A stretch of DNA of 64,000 bases, taken from NCBI GenBank assembly GCA_963851385.1, contig CAWKPE010000013.1, positions 307,616 through 371,615 of the forward strand, read 5' to 3'. The position numbers were made by a program, and so were the translations under genes. The notes under the pieces are model-generated. The model ran no database searches. It was not told where the DNA came from and saw nothing but the letters and a program-made list of their open reading frames with translations. Position 1 is the first letter of the stretch, and every line of letters begins with the position of its first letter. Source of the stretch: an uncultured Bacteroidota bacterium. Lineage in GTDB: Bacteria; Bacteroidota; Bacteroidia; Bacteroidales; DTGW01. This document shows positions 11,428 to 20,859 of this stretch, piece by piece.

Positions 11428-12333
11428 ATGAAAATGTTCAAAATTTTCCTGGTTGCAGTATTTACAATGTTAGTACAATTGACAAATGCAACAGGATATC
11501 ATAAACAAGATAGTACATCGGTGTGCTTTCAAGATAGTGTTGCAAATGGAAATCACAACACTATTTCAAATGGAGTTCAACAAGAGTCGGATTTTCAAAA
11601 TTATTTGGATACACTTTATCATAATGATAAATTTTCAGGAATAGACACTTTTGCCTGGGACAACAAAATGATTAATTCAGGCCATTTTGATTCAAAAGAC
11701 ATGAAGGACACTTTACATATTGTCCTTGCTGATTCATCAAAACATTTATATTATGTTCATCCATTTAAGAATTACATAACCTGTGGGTTCGGTCCCCGTC
11801 GATGGATTTGGCACTTAGGAGTTGATATAAAATTAAATAAAGGAGATTCAGTACATGCAGCATTTGATGGAATTGTAAGAGTTACAAAATATGACAGACG
11901 GGGATTTGGATGGGTTGTTGTAATCAGGCATCCTTCAGGTTTAGAAACTATTTATGGTCATCTGTTCAAAGTTTTGGTAGAAACAAATCAAATTGTTAAA
12001 GCAGGTGAATTGATCGGATTAGGAGGTAATACGGGTTATTCTACAGGCAGTCATCTTCACTTTGAGACGCGTTTCCGCGGTGAACCTTTTGATCCCAATT
12101 GTTTTATTGACTTTAACAATTACAAATTAAGATCTGATACATTGATTCTTTCAAGGAGTAATTTCGAATACCTTGTTGAATTAAGAAAAGCAAAATTTTG
12201 TTATGTTCGCAAAGGAGATACGCTTTACAAAATTGCGCATCGCTACCATACTACAATTAATACCTTATGTAAATTAAACAAGATCAATCGGAAAGCGCTT
12301 TTACGCATTGGAAGACAACTCAGATACCAATAA
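11428..12333 (+). CDS. M23 family peptidase with C-terminal LysM domain
   Basis: HLGVDIKLNKGDSV and GNTGYSTGSHLHFE (M23). The C-terminal YVRKGDTLYKIAHRYHTTINTLCKLNKI is LysM-like. N-terminal signal peptide present. Confidence 0.88.
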   Translation: MKMFKIFLVAVFTMLVQLTNATGYHKQDSTSVCFQDSVANGNHNTISNGVQQESDFQNYLDTLYHNDKFSGIDTFAWDNKMINSGHFDSKDMKDTLHIVLADSSKHLYYVHPFKNYITCGFGPRRWIWHLGVDIKLNKGDSVHAAFDGIVRVTKYDRRGFGWVVVIRHPSGLETIYGHLFKVLVETNQIVKAGELIGLGGNTGYSTGSHLHFETRFRGEPFDPNCFIDFNNYKLRSDTLILSRSNFEYLVELRKAKFCYVRKGDTLYKIAHRYHTTINTLCKLNKINRKALLRIGRQLRYQ

Positions 12334-12347
12334 TTAATGCAAATATT

Positions 12348-12495
12348 CTAATTCTACTTTGACACATATCAAAATCAACCAATTTTTACCCTTAATCCCT
12401 AAACCTGGTTGATTTTTCAGCTTTCTCCCTTTAGGGTTTGAGGTAAAAAAAGCTGAAAAAACTAAGAAAGACCTAATCTGTCAAAGTAGAACTAA
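12348..12495. repeat. About 150-bp intergenic element bounded by 17-bp imperfect inverted repeats, with nested internal inverted repeats
   Basis: Outer IR CTAATTCTACTTTGACA (12348-12364) / TGTCAAAGTAGAACTAA (12479-12495), with a 13-bp perfect core. A 12-bp internal inverted pair, TTTTTCAGCTTT / AAAGCTGAAAAA, lies inside it. The central CCCTAAA ... TTTAGGG motifs resemble the TIRs of the DUF559 cassette at 51.06 kb. Confidence 0.55.
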
Positions 12496-12763
12496 TTTGA
12501 TTGAAGAAATAAAATTCTGGAAAGCATATATAAATTTTTGTTATTGAATTTCTATTTTTCTTCCTGATTTAGACAACAATCTATTTGGTTTTTTAGCTAA
12601 TAATTGTCAGTTCGAATAATGAACCTATTTCATATATTATTTTATTATAAAATAATGTTAGACAAACAAAAATTATATCAAAAATACTTCTAAGTTTGCA
12701 ACAAAAAGATCACCTTAGCGTAACAGTAAAAGTAAAATTCTGTCCTCATAAAAATATAACTTT

Positions 12764-14647
12764 ATGAAATTCAAAAAAGGCTTATTGTTTGCATTTTACG
12801 CAATATTATTCACAATATCTACTAAGTCAATATCGCAAGCAGCAGCATCGGTTAAAGCAAACTTCAAAGCCACAATTAACCAAAACGATACCAGTGTAAC
12901 AATAAAAAACCAATCTACAAAGAAGGCAAATATTTATTTAATTGATTTCGGAGATGGCACTGTTATCAAAGATACTCAAATGGTGGATTATACTCATAAT
13001 TATTCAGCTTTGGGTACATATAACATTTGTCTTACAGTTACAGATACCACGGGTTTAACATCGATTTCTTCTACAACTTGTGACTCTATTGAATTTACGC
13101 AGGAAAGTGTTGATTGTGCTTCAGATTTTAGTTTGAGTACAAAAGGATTAACAGTTACTGTAATAAATATTTCTACAGGTACATATAAAAAAGTAATTTG
13201 GAATTTTGGCGATGGTACACAAGTTAAAAATGTTGATTCAGTTACGCATACTTATAGCAATCCTGGTGCTTATGATATTAGTTTATATGTAAAGAAAAAG
13301 AATGTTGACTGCGAATCAGAAAAAGTAAAAACGGCTATTATGGTAGGTAACAATGTAAGTTGTGTTGCTTATTTTACCTATTCAATCGATACAGGAAAAA
13401 TAGTCCAGTTTACCAATCAGTCACTTGGCACCAATTTAGGTTTTCAATGGAATTTTGGCGATGGAACAGTTTCAAATGATACAAATCCTGTACATGAATA
13501 CAGTAATCCGGGAATTTATAAAGTTCTCCTTCAGATTGAAAACAAAAACCTGGCAATTAAATCAAATTATTTAACCTATATTTCAGTAGATACGGCTAAT
13601 ATTGACATATTACCTGATTTTGATGCAATTACTGATCCTGAAAATGATACAGTTGAATTTGAAAACCTTTCATTAGGAAGAAATAATATTAAATCGTACA
13701 CTTGGAATTTCGGGGACGGAATAATTTCAAGTGACAGTACACCTGAACATGTTTATCAAACTCCTGGTGATTATAATGTTTGCTTATCCGCAGTTCCTAT
13801 TACAGGTAACAAATACAATACTGTTTGCAAAAACATTACTGCAGGGCTATCACAAACTCAAACACCAAATTTTTCATTTATTTTGTTAGGCAACGATTCA
13901 GTTAGTTTTATATCTCAATTTAGCCAGAAACCGGATTCGCTTCTCTGGGATTTTGGTGATGGTAGTTCATCTATTGAGTCACAACCTATCCACATATTTC
14001 CAAGCCAATCAATTTACCTGGTTAGTTTAAAGTTGAAGTATGGCACAGGAATATATGAGAAAATTCAGATTGTAAATACTACTTCAAATCAGGATAAATT
14101 AATTTGTCGATTTAAATATTATGATGAAGACTTGTCTCATTTAAAATCAGCAGCAAAAACAAAGGTACGTTTTAAAGGCAGTCTTTCAGGTGATGTTTCA
14201 CGAGTTTATGCAGCTTGGGATTTTGGAGACGGAACTTTAGATTCGACAAATCTTGAACTACAGCATTCTTATGATAATAATGGTAATTATGAAGTTTGCC
14301 TTAAAGTTTTTAACTATTTAACAGGAGACACAGACTCATATTGTGAGCAGATCAAAATTGGAACAAATGATAACATAGAATCATTGTCAAATCAGGTATC
14401 AATATTTTCAATATATCCAAATCCAACTAAAGATAACATTAATATGTTGATTTTTTCCGAAAAATCAGATAAGGTAAGTATCGCTTTGTTCGATATGTCG
14501 GGAAGACTTATAAAACCTTTATTTGAAGGAAATATTAATAGTGGTGAAAATAAAATAGCACTTAATTTGGGAATTCAAAAGGGCATTTACATAATTAATG
14601 TGCAAACACCTTTGGAAATACATTCCATAAAACTATTGGTGGAATAA
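12764..14647 (+). CDS. Secreted PKD-repeat protein with type IX secretion C-terminal sorting domain
   Basis: Signal peptide, six repeats each containing W(N/D)FGDG(T), and a C-terminal Por-secretion tail (IYPNPTKDNINM ... IKLLVE). Confidence 0.85.
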   Translation: MKFKKGLLFAFYAILFTISTKSISQAAASVKANFKATINQNDTSVTIKNQSTKKANIYLIDFGDGTVIKDTQMVDYTHNYSALGTYNICLTVTDTTGLTSISSTTCDSIEFTQESVDCASDFSLSTKGLTVTVINISTGTYKKVIWNFGDGTQVKNVDSVTHTYSNPGAYDISLYVKKKNVDCESEKVKTAIMVGNNVSCVAYFTYSIDTGKIVQFTNQSLGTNLGFQWNFGDGTVSNDTNPVHEYSNPGIYKVLLQIENKNLAIKSNYLTYISVDTANIDILPDFDAITDPENDTVEFENLSLGRNNIKSYTWNFGDGIISSDSTPEHVYQTPGDYNVCLSAVPITGNKYNTVCKNITAGLSQTQTPNFSFILLGNDSVSFISQFSQKPDSLLWDFGDGSSSIESQPIHIFPSQSIYLVSLKLKYGTGIYEKIQIVNTTSNQDKLICRFKYYDEDLSHLKSAAKTKVRFKGSLSGDVSRVYAAWDFGDGTLDSTNLELQHSYDNNGNYEVCLKVFNYLTGDTDSYCEQIKIGTNDNIESLSNQVSIFSIYPNPTKDNINMLIFSEKSDKVSIALFDMSGRLIKPLFEGNINSGENKIALNLGIQKGIYIINVQTPLEIHSIKLLVE

Positions 14648-14769
14648 TAAAGTTCATTGTTTAACAATTTCAGAATGTATTAATTGATAGTCTATATTAA
14701 AATAAGAATAATAAAGAAAAACTAATAGAGAAATACTAACTAAAAACTAACTATCAAAAACAACAAGTA

Positions 14770-16065
14770 ATGTCAAACAGAAAATTAGCTTTACTAATCT
14801 CCATTTGGCTAAACATAATTGTTTCAAGTGCATCGATAAAAGAAGTATTTGAAAAACTTGCTACGCCTGATAGTTTAAAGGAAAAGTATTTCAGTACGCA
14901 AAATTCAGAAAAAAAAGTAGATGTCCTTAATGATATTGGCTTTTTCTTTACCAGCCGCAATCCTGAATCTGCAATTACTATTTCTCATATAGCACTAAAA
15001 ATATCTGATTCGTTGAAATATGAATATGGACAATATGATGCTCAAAATAATATGGGGATTGCATTTTATCGTAGTTCCAGGTTTAAGCAGGCTCTTGCAT
15101 GTTTTAACACAGCATATGATATTGCTAAAAACATGAACTCAAAAAATAAAATGGCAGCAATATTCAGCAATATGGCTTTAGTATATAACCTTTTAAGTGA
15201 TTATGAGAAGGCATTGAAATATAATTTTGAAGCATTGAAAATTCGTACTTCTGATCATGATTCCATAGGCATAGCAATTTCATATAATAATTTGGGAACA
15301 ACATATCATTATAAATCAGAATTTAGCCAGGCATTGGAATATTACATAAAAGCATTGAAAATTAAACAAGCACAACATGACAAAGAAGGTATTGCATCTA
15401 CATACAATAATATTGGCCAATTGTTTTTCGAAATGTATTCAGATACATCTGTTTGGGTATTGGATAGCGCACTGGAATATTTTCTTAAGGCATATTATGC
15501 ATGGAATTCAACTTCTAATAAAGCTGGTTTATCAGAAGTATTGCCTAACATTGGAAATATTTATTCATTGAAAAATCTGAATGATAGGGCTAGTGATGCT
15601 TATATGGCTGCACTAAATGTTCAGAAACAAGCACAAGATTCGGCAGGAATTGCTTTAACATTTTACAACATGGGCATTCTAAATTATAACCTGTCGAATT
15701 TCAAATTATCTAAAGAGTACTTCGATAAAAGCATTCAGATTGCTCGTAAATATTTGATTGCAGACCTTGTTAAAGATAATCTTAAAATGTTGTTTATGTT
15801 AGCAGGAAATAAAGGAGATTATAAGACGGCATATTTACATGCCAATGAATATGTTCTTTTAAATGATAGTTTGAGTGAACTAGCGCATAAGCATCTGGTT
15901 GAAGATTATTTGGGTAAATATGAATACCGGGTTTCTGAGAATATGAATTTACAAAAAGCTATTAATAAAGCTAAGACTTGGATGATAATTTTAAGTGTAG
16001 GTGCCTTTGTAATTATAGGTTTATTTTTAATTTGGATCATAAAAAAAAGAAAAATTAATACGTAA
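14770..16065 (+). CDS. Tetratricopeptide-repeat protein with single C-terminal TM helix and no output domain
   Basis: Repeated TPR-like units (A..Y.N.G..Y....A...Y..AL). TM segment TWMIILSVGAFVIIGLFLIWII lies 7 aa before the stop. Confidence 0.75.
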   Translation: MSNRKLALLISIWLNIIVSSASIKEVFEKLATPDSLKEKYFSTQNSEKKVDVLNDIGFFFTSRNPESAITISHIALKISDSLKYEYGQYDAQNNMGIAFYRSSRFKQALACFNTAYDIAKNMNSKNKMAAIFSNMALVYNLLSDYEKALKYNFEALKIRTSDHDSIGIAISYNNLGTTYHYKSEFSQALEYYIKALKIKQAQHDKEGIASTYNNIGQLFFEMYSDTSVWVLDSALEYFLKAYYAWNSTSNKAGLSEVLPNIGNIYSLKNLNDRASDAYMAALNVQKQAQDSAGIALTFYNMGILNYNLSNFKLSKEYFDKSIQIARKYLIADLVKDNLKMLFMLAGNKGDYKTAYLHANEYVLLNDSLSELAHKHLVEDYLGKYEYRVSENMNLQKAINKAKTWMIILSVGAFVIIGLFLIWIIKKRKINT

Positions 16066-16080
16066 TAATAATTCAAGATT

Positions 16081-16203
16081 CAATGTCGTTTAATTAAGAA
16101 ACAAAACACCCTTCGACAAGCTCAGGGTGACAATAAAATGAGGTCATACTGAGCTTGTCGAAGTATGACTAATGATATAAAACTGCTTAACTAAACAACA
16201 TTT
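16081..16203 (-). mobile_element. 123-bp MITE, copy 1 (18-bp TIRs, 10-bp target-site duplication)
   Basis: TIRs CAATGTCGTTTAATTAAG (16081-16098) and CTTAACTAAACAACATTT (16186-16203). A perfect direct repeat ATTCAAGATT flanks both sides (16071-16080 and 16204-16213). The core contains GTCACCCTGAGCTTGTCGAAGGG-type inverted segments. It is the reverse complement of the copy at 42453-42575, about 94 percent identical by eye. Confidence 0.85.
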
Positions 16204-16380
16204 ATTCAAGATTATTAAAATTTGTCTGTAAGAAAATACAATTCTTTGAATAATAGATTTTTTTTCTTATCCTAATCTATTAATTAGATTCTACCATCCA
16301 AAACATTTTTTATTTCAATTACTTATAAAAAACATTTTGACAATTATATTGTTTATAATTGAATAGAAAATTGTCCGAAA

Positions 16381-17697
16381 ATGTCGACGTTAAAAGAAAA
16401 ACTTTTCGAAAAAATTGAAGAATGGCGGCCTCGTGTTCAAAGGCTTATGGAAGAATATGGTGATGTCGTAGTTGATAATGTTACAATTGGTCAGATAATA
16501 GGTGGAATGCGCGATATTAAATGCCTCGTTACAGACATTTCTTATCTTGATCCTGAAGAAGGTATCCGTTACAGAGGACACACTTTAACTGATTTATTTG
16601 AAAAATTACCCAAACCTAAAGGCGCAGAGTATCCATATGTCGAAGGTTGTTTGTATCTTTTATTGACTGGTGAAATTCCTACTGAAAGCGAAGTTGCTGA
16701 TGTAGTAGATGAATTATCAAAGCGTCGGATTTTACCCCGCTATGTTTATGAAGTAATTGATGCCTTTCCTAATATTAGCCATCCAATGGCTATGTTTTCT
16801 TCTGCTATTTTAACTATGTCAAACGAATCGTTCTTTGCAAAAAAATATGAAGCCGGGATCCATAAGCAAGATTATTGGGATTCTATGTACGAAGATTCAC
16901 TTAACTTGCTGGCCAAACTACCGGAAATTGCGACATATATATATTCTAAACTTTATCGGAATGGTAAGAAGGTACAGTCCAATCCACATTTGGACTTTGG
17001 CGCCAACTTTGCAAATATGATGGGCATTTCGCCTCCTTATGATGATGTTTCCCGGTTGCATTTTATTTTACATGCAGATCATGAAAGCGGGAATGTTAGC
17101 GCTCATACAGGTCATCTTGTATCCAGCTCCTTATCAGATATCTATTTATCAATTTCTGCAATGATAAATGGCTTAGCTGGTCCTTTACATGGTTTGGCAA
17201 ACCAGGAAGTACTTAAATGGTTGTTAGAATTAATGAAAAAAATGGAAGGCAAGCAACCCACTGAAGATGAAGTGACCCAATTTGTATGGGATACTCTTAA
17301 TTCAGGCCATGTAATACCTGGTTTTGGTCACGCTGTATTACGCAAAACAGATCCACGATATATGATTCAAAGGGAATTTGCATTAAAACATATGGCTGAT
17401 GATCCAATTATGTATTATTTAGATATGTTATTTAAAATAGTGCCCAAAATACTTATAGAACAAGGAAAAGCTAAAAATCCATGGCCAAATGTTGATGCTC
17501 ATTCAGGGGCAATACAGTGGCATTATGGAGTTCGTGAATATGATTTTTATACCGTGTTGTTTGGAATTGGCCGTGCAATTGGCACTTGTGCGAACATTAT
17601 CTGGGACAGGGCATTGTATTATCCTCTAGAGAGACCTAAATCACTTACTACTGAAATGCTTGAGCAAATTGCAATGGATTCAAAAAATAATAAATAA
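16381..17697 (+). CDS. gltA: Citrate synthase
   Basis: 438-aa ORF with citrate synthase catalytic regions (GPLHGLANQEV, GFGHAVLRKTDPR). Confidence 0.93.
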   Translation: MSTLKEKLFEKIEEWRPRVQRLMEEYGDVVVDNVTIGQIIGGMRDIKCLVTDISYLDPEEGIRYRGHTLTDLFEKLPKPKGAEYPYVEGCLYLLLTGEIPTESEVADVVDELSKRRILPRYVYEVIDAFPNISHPMAMFSSAILTMSNESFFAKKYEAGIHKQDYWDSMYEDSLNLLAKLPEIATYIYSKLYRNGKKVQSNPHLDFGANFANMMGISPPYDDVSRLHFILHADHESGNVSAHTGHLVSSSLSDIYLSISAMINGLAGPLHGLANQEVLKWLLELMKKMEGKQPTEDEVTQFVWDTLNSGHVIPGFGHAVLRKTDPRYMIQREFALKHMADDPIMYYLDMLFKIVPKILIEQGKAKNPWPNVDAHSGAIQWHYGVREYDFYTVLFGIGRAIGTCANIIWDRALYYPLERPKSLTTEMLEQIAMDSKNNK

Positions 17698-17769
17698 CAC
17701 TATTCTTTTGACTATCTTTACAAGAAAAGAAAAACTAATAATCTGCTTCCTTTTCCTAATTTCAATTTA

Positions 17770-18222
17770 ATGCGAATAACTCGTCTGGCAATTTTGTTTT
17801 CAGGATATTTTCTTCTTTTATCTTGTTCTCCCAAAAATTTGATTCATATTGGGCAGATTAAAAATATCCAATTGAAAGGACTTGAAGGCAAAGCATTTTT
17901 ATGCCAGGCAGAATTGGAAATTGAAAACAAATATTTCTTGCCTTTTCATCTTGTAGCAGGCGAATTAAAAGTTTTTGCTTCAGATCAAGTTATAGGAAAT
18001 ATTCAAATTAAAGATACAATTCATATTAAAGCCAGAGAGAAAAAAACTTACACGATTAATTTTAATGTCATGCTCAACAATGATGATTTAGGGTTTATTT
18101 CATTCGTTCAAAAATTCATGAATAGTAGTAATTCAGTAATTTCAATTAAAGGTAATATTCACGCTCATTCTCTGTTTATAAATAGATGCATTCTAATAGA
18201 CATTCCAATAAATAATTGGTAA
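17770..18222 (+). CDS. Small lipoprotein, possibly LEA type 2 (WHy/NDR1-like) fold
   Basis: Signal peptide with lipobox (LLLSC). The alternating beta-strand pattern resembles LEA_2 proteins. Assignment by pattern only. Confidence 0.45.
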   Translation: MRITRLAILFSGYFLLLSCSPKNLIHIGQIKNIQLKGLEGKAFLCQAELEIENKYFLPFHLVAGELKVFASDQVIGNIQIKDTIHIKAREKKTYTINFNVMLNNDDLGFISFVQKFMNSSNSVISIKGNIHAHSLFINRCILIDIPINNW

Positions 18223-18420
18223 ACAAAATTATTGTTCAATTATTTTATTATTATTTTTTCTCAAATCAAATGGTAATTGTAAGTTTCAATTTTTATTTAT
18301 TTTTGAAAGGGCAATTAATATTTATAATGTAAATTTAAATGTTGAAATACTAAATTCGTATTTCTGAATATTCGTATGATTATATATGCATTATTGATGA
18401 AAAATTAAAAGCATTAATTG

Positions 18421-18886
18421 ATGAAAATAAAAAACTTTCTATTATTCAATTTGTTGTTATTCTCCATTAATATATTTTCACAAACCGGCAATAAGATGAA
18501 AATGGCAAGTGATATTTTTAGTTCTTTAGCAGAACCTGCTCTAAATTCTGGAAGAGTTAATGTAATACAGGATGAGAAAATAAAAGTTTTGTTAAGCAGA
18601 TATATTGAATATAAAAGGAAAGATGGTAAATTATCTGGTTATCGTATCAGGATTTTTTCTGATTCCGGAACATCAGCCCGTACAAAGAGCAATGAATGAA
18701 AGGAGCAGATTTATTAAAGAATACCCTGAGATACCGACTTACTTGGAATATGAAGCTCCTAATTTTAAAATATATGTCGGTGATTTCCGTAGTAAACTTG
18801 AAGGATTTAAAACTTATAAGCAAATAGGAAAAGAATTTAGAAATGCATTTATTGTTCCGGCACACATTAATTTGCCAAAATTATAA
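18421..18886 (+). CDS. SPOR domain protein, split by a 1-nt frameshift (ORFs 18418-18699 and 18605-18886)
   Basis: Signal peptide. The SPOR-like sequence GYRIRIFSDSGTSAR continues in the other frame as AMNERSRFIKEYPEIPTYLEYEAPNFKIYVGDFRSKLE. Removing one A from AAA at 18684-18686 joins the two frames. Confidence 0.75.
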
Positions 18887-18903
18887 AATATATCAGATAT
18901 AAG

Positions 18904-20805
18904 ATGAGTGAATTAATAAAGCACGAATGTGGTGTAGCACTGGTAAGACTTCTAAAACCACTTGAATATTATCAATTTAAATATGGAACATGGCGATACG
19001 GTTTGCAGAAGTTGTATTTATTAATGGAAAAGCAACATAACCGTGGTCAGGATGGAGCAGGAGTCGTTAGCCTAAAACTTAACATGGAACCCGGAAATAA
19101 ATATATTCATCGTCATCGTTCTATTGACACATCGGCAATTGATGATGTATTTAAAAAAATCTATGATCATTTTACTGAACTCGAATTCAGAAACCCAAAT
19201 TTACTTACAGATCCTTTATGGGTTAAAGCCAACTTGCCATTTGCAGCCGAATTATATTTAGGTCACCTGAGATATGGAACTTTTGGGGGAAATAAACTGG
19301 ATAGCGTACATCCGGTATTAAGAGAAAATAACTGGAAAACCCGTAACATTGCTTTAGCCGGTAATTTTAACCTTACTAATGTTGATGAAATTTTTAATCA
19401 TTTAATTGAGCTTGGTCAGCATCCGAAAGATTATTCAGATACTGTAACAGTTCTTGAAAATGTGGGCCATTTTCTTGATGGAGAAGTTCAGCGAAAATTC
19501 ATGCTTTTTAAAACACAAGGTTTTGAAAATAAAGAAATTTCAGGACTTATTGCCGAGCATCTTGATTTGACAAGCGTTCTCAAAGAATCCAGCAAACGAT
19601 GGGATGGTGGTTATGTTATTGCCGGACTTATTGGACATGGAGATGCATTTGTTATTCGCGATCCAAATGGTATTCGTCCTGCTTATTATTATTACGATGA
19701 TGAAATTGCAGTAGTAGCTTCGGAAAGACCCGTGATTCAAACTGTAATGAACGTTGATACTGAAAATGTTCATGAATTGAATCCAGGAAGTGCATTTATT
19801 GTTAAAATGAATGGCGATGTTTCTATTGAAGAAATTCGCCCGCCTCAGGAACGAACAGCTTGTTCATTTGAACGTATATATTTTTCAAGAGGTAGCGACA
19901 AAGATATTTACATTGAACGGAAAAAACTTGGTGAATTTCTTACTCATGATATTTTAAAAGCAGTTGATTACGACATAGAAAATACTGTTTTTTCCTATAT
20001 ACCAAATACAGCTGAATCTGCATTCTATGGAATGCTTAAAGGTGTTGAAGATTATATTTTCGAACTTAAAAAGAAGCAAATTCTTGAATTAGGTTCAAAA
20101 ATTGATGCCCAAAAGATTGATAAAATCATGAAGATGAGGCAAAGAGTTGAAAAGATTACTTTAAAGGATATTAAGTTGCGTACTTTTATTTCACAGGATA
20201 AAGGTCGTGATGATTTGGTTGGTCATGTTTATGATATTACTTACGGTACAATAAATAAGGGCAAAGACAACTTAGTAGTTATAGATGATTCGATTGTGCG
20301 AGGTACAACTCTTAAACAAAGTATAATTCGAATACTTGACAGGCTTGAACCCAAGAGAATTGTTATTGTTTCATCATCACCGCAAATTCGTTACCCGGAT
20401 TGTTATGGCATTGACATGGCAAAACTTGGAGATTTTATTGCTTTTAGAGCTGCAATTGGTTTACTAAAAGATTCAGACCAGGAAAAAATAATAAATGAAG
20501 TGTATCGTAAATCTAAAGCGCAACAAGGTTTACCGAAAGAACAAATAGAAAATCATGTCAAAGCCATTTATGAAAAATTTTCTGTTGATGAAATTTCTAA
20601 CAAAATAGCTCAAATGCTAACAACCCCGGAAATAAATGCTGAAGTAAAAATTGTTTATCAGTCAGTTGAAAATCTTCACAGAGCTTGTCCCAATAATTTA
20701 GGGGATTGGTATTTTACGGGAAATTATCCCACACCTGGAGGAAATAAAGTGGTTAATACTTCATTTATTAACTTTATAGAAGGCAAAAATCAAAGAGCGT
20801 ATTGA
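18904..20805 (+). CDS. purF: Amidophosphoribosyltransferase (long Bacteroidota type)
   Basis: N-terminal nucleophile Cys (MSELIKHECGV), a glutamine amidotransferase class II region, and the PRPP-binding loop VVIDDSIVRGTT. Confidence 0.9.
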   Translation: MSELIKHECGVALVRLLKPLEYYQFKYGTWRYGLQKLYLLMEKQHNRGQDGAGVVSLKLNMEPGNKYIHRHRSIDTSAIDDVFKKIYDHFTELEFRNPNLLTDPLWVKANLPFAAELYLGHLRYGTFGGNKLDSVHPVLRENNWKTRNIALAGNFNLTNVDEIFNHLIELGQHPKDYSDTVTVLENVGHFLDGEVQRKFMLFKTQGFENKEISGLIAEHLDLTSVLKESSKRWDGGYVIAGLIGHGDAFVIRDPNGIRPAYYYYDDEIAVVASERPVIQTVMNVDTENVHELNPGSAFIVKMNGDVSIEEIRPPQERTACSFERIYFSRGSDKDIYIERKKLGEFLTHDILKAVDYDIENTVFSYIPNTAESAFYGMLKGVEDYIFELKKKQILELGSKIDAQKIDKIMKMRQRVEKITLKDIKLRTFISQDKGRDDLVGHVYDITYGTINKGKDNLVVIDDSIVRGTTLKQSIIRILDRLEPKRIVIVSSSPQIRYPDCYGIDMAKLGDFIAFRAAIGLLKDSDQEKIINEVYRKSKAQQGLPKEQIENHVKAIYEKFSVDEISNKIAQMLTTPEINAEVKIVYQSVENLHRACPNNLGDWYFTGNYPTPGGNKVVNTSFINFIEGKNQRAY

Positions 20806-20859
20806 TAATTTATTATTTTCTATTTTTTATTTGTTAGAAAATCAAAAATCAAAAACACA

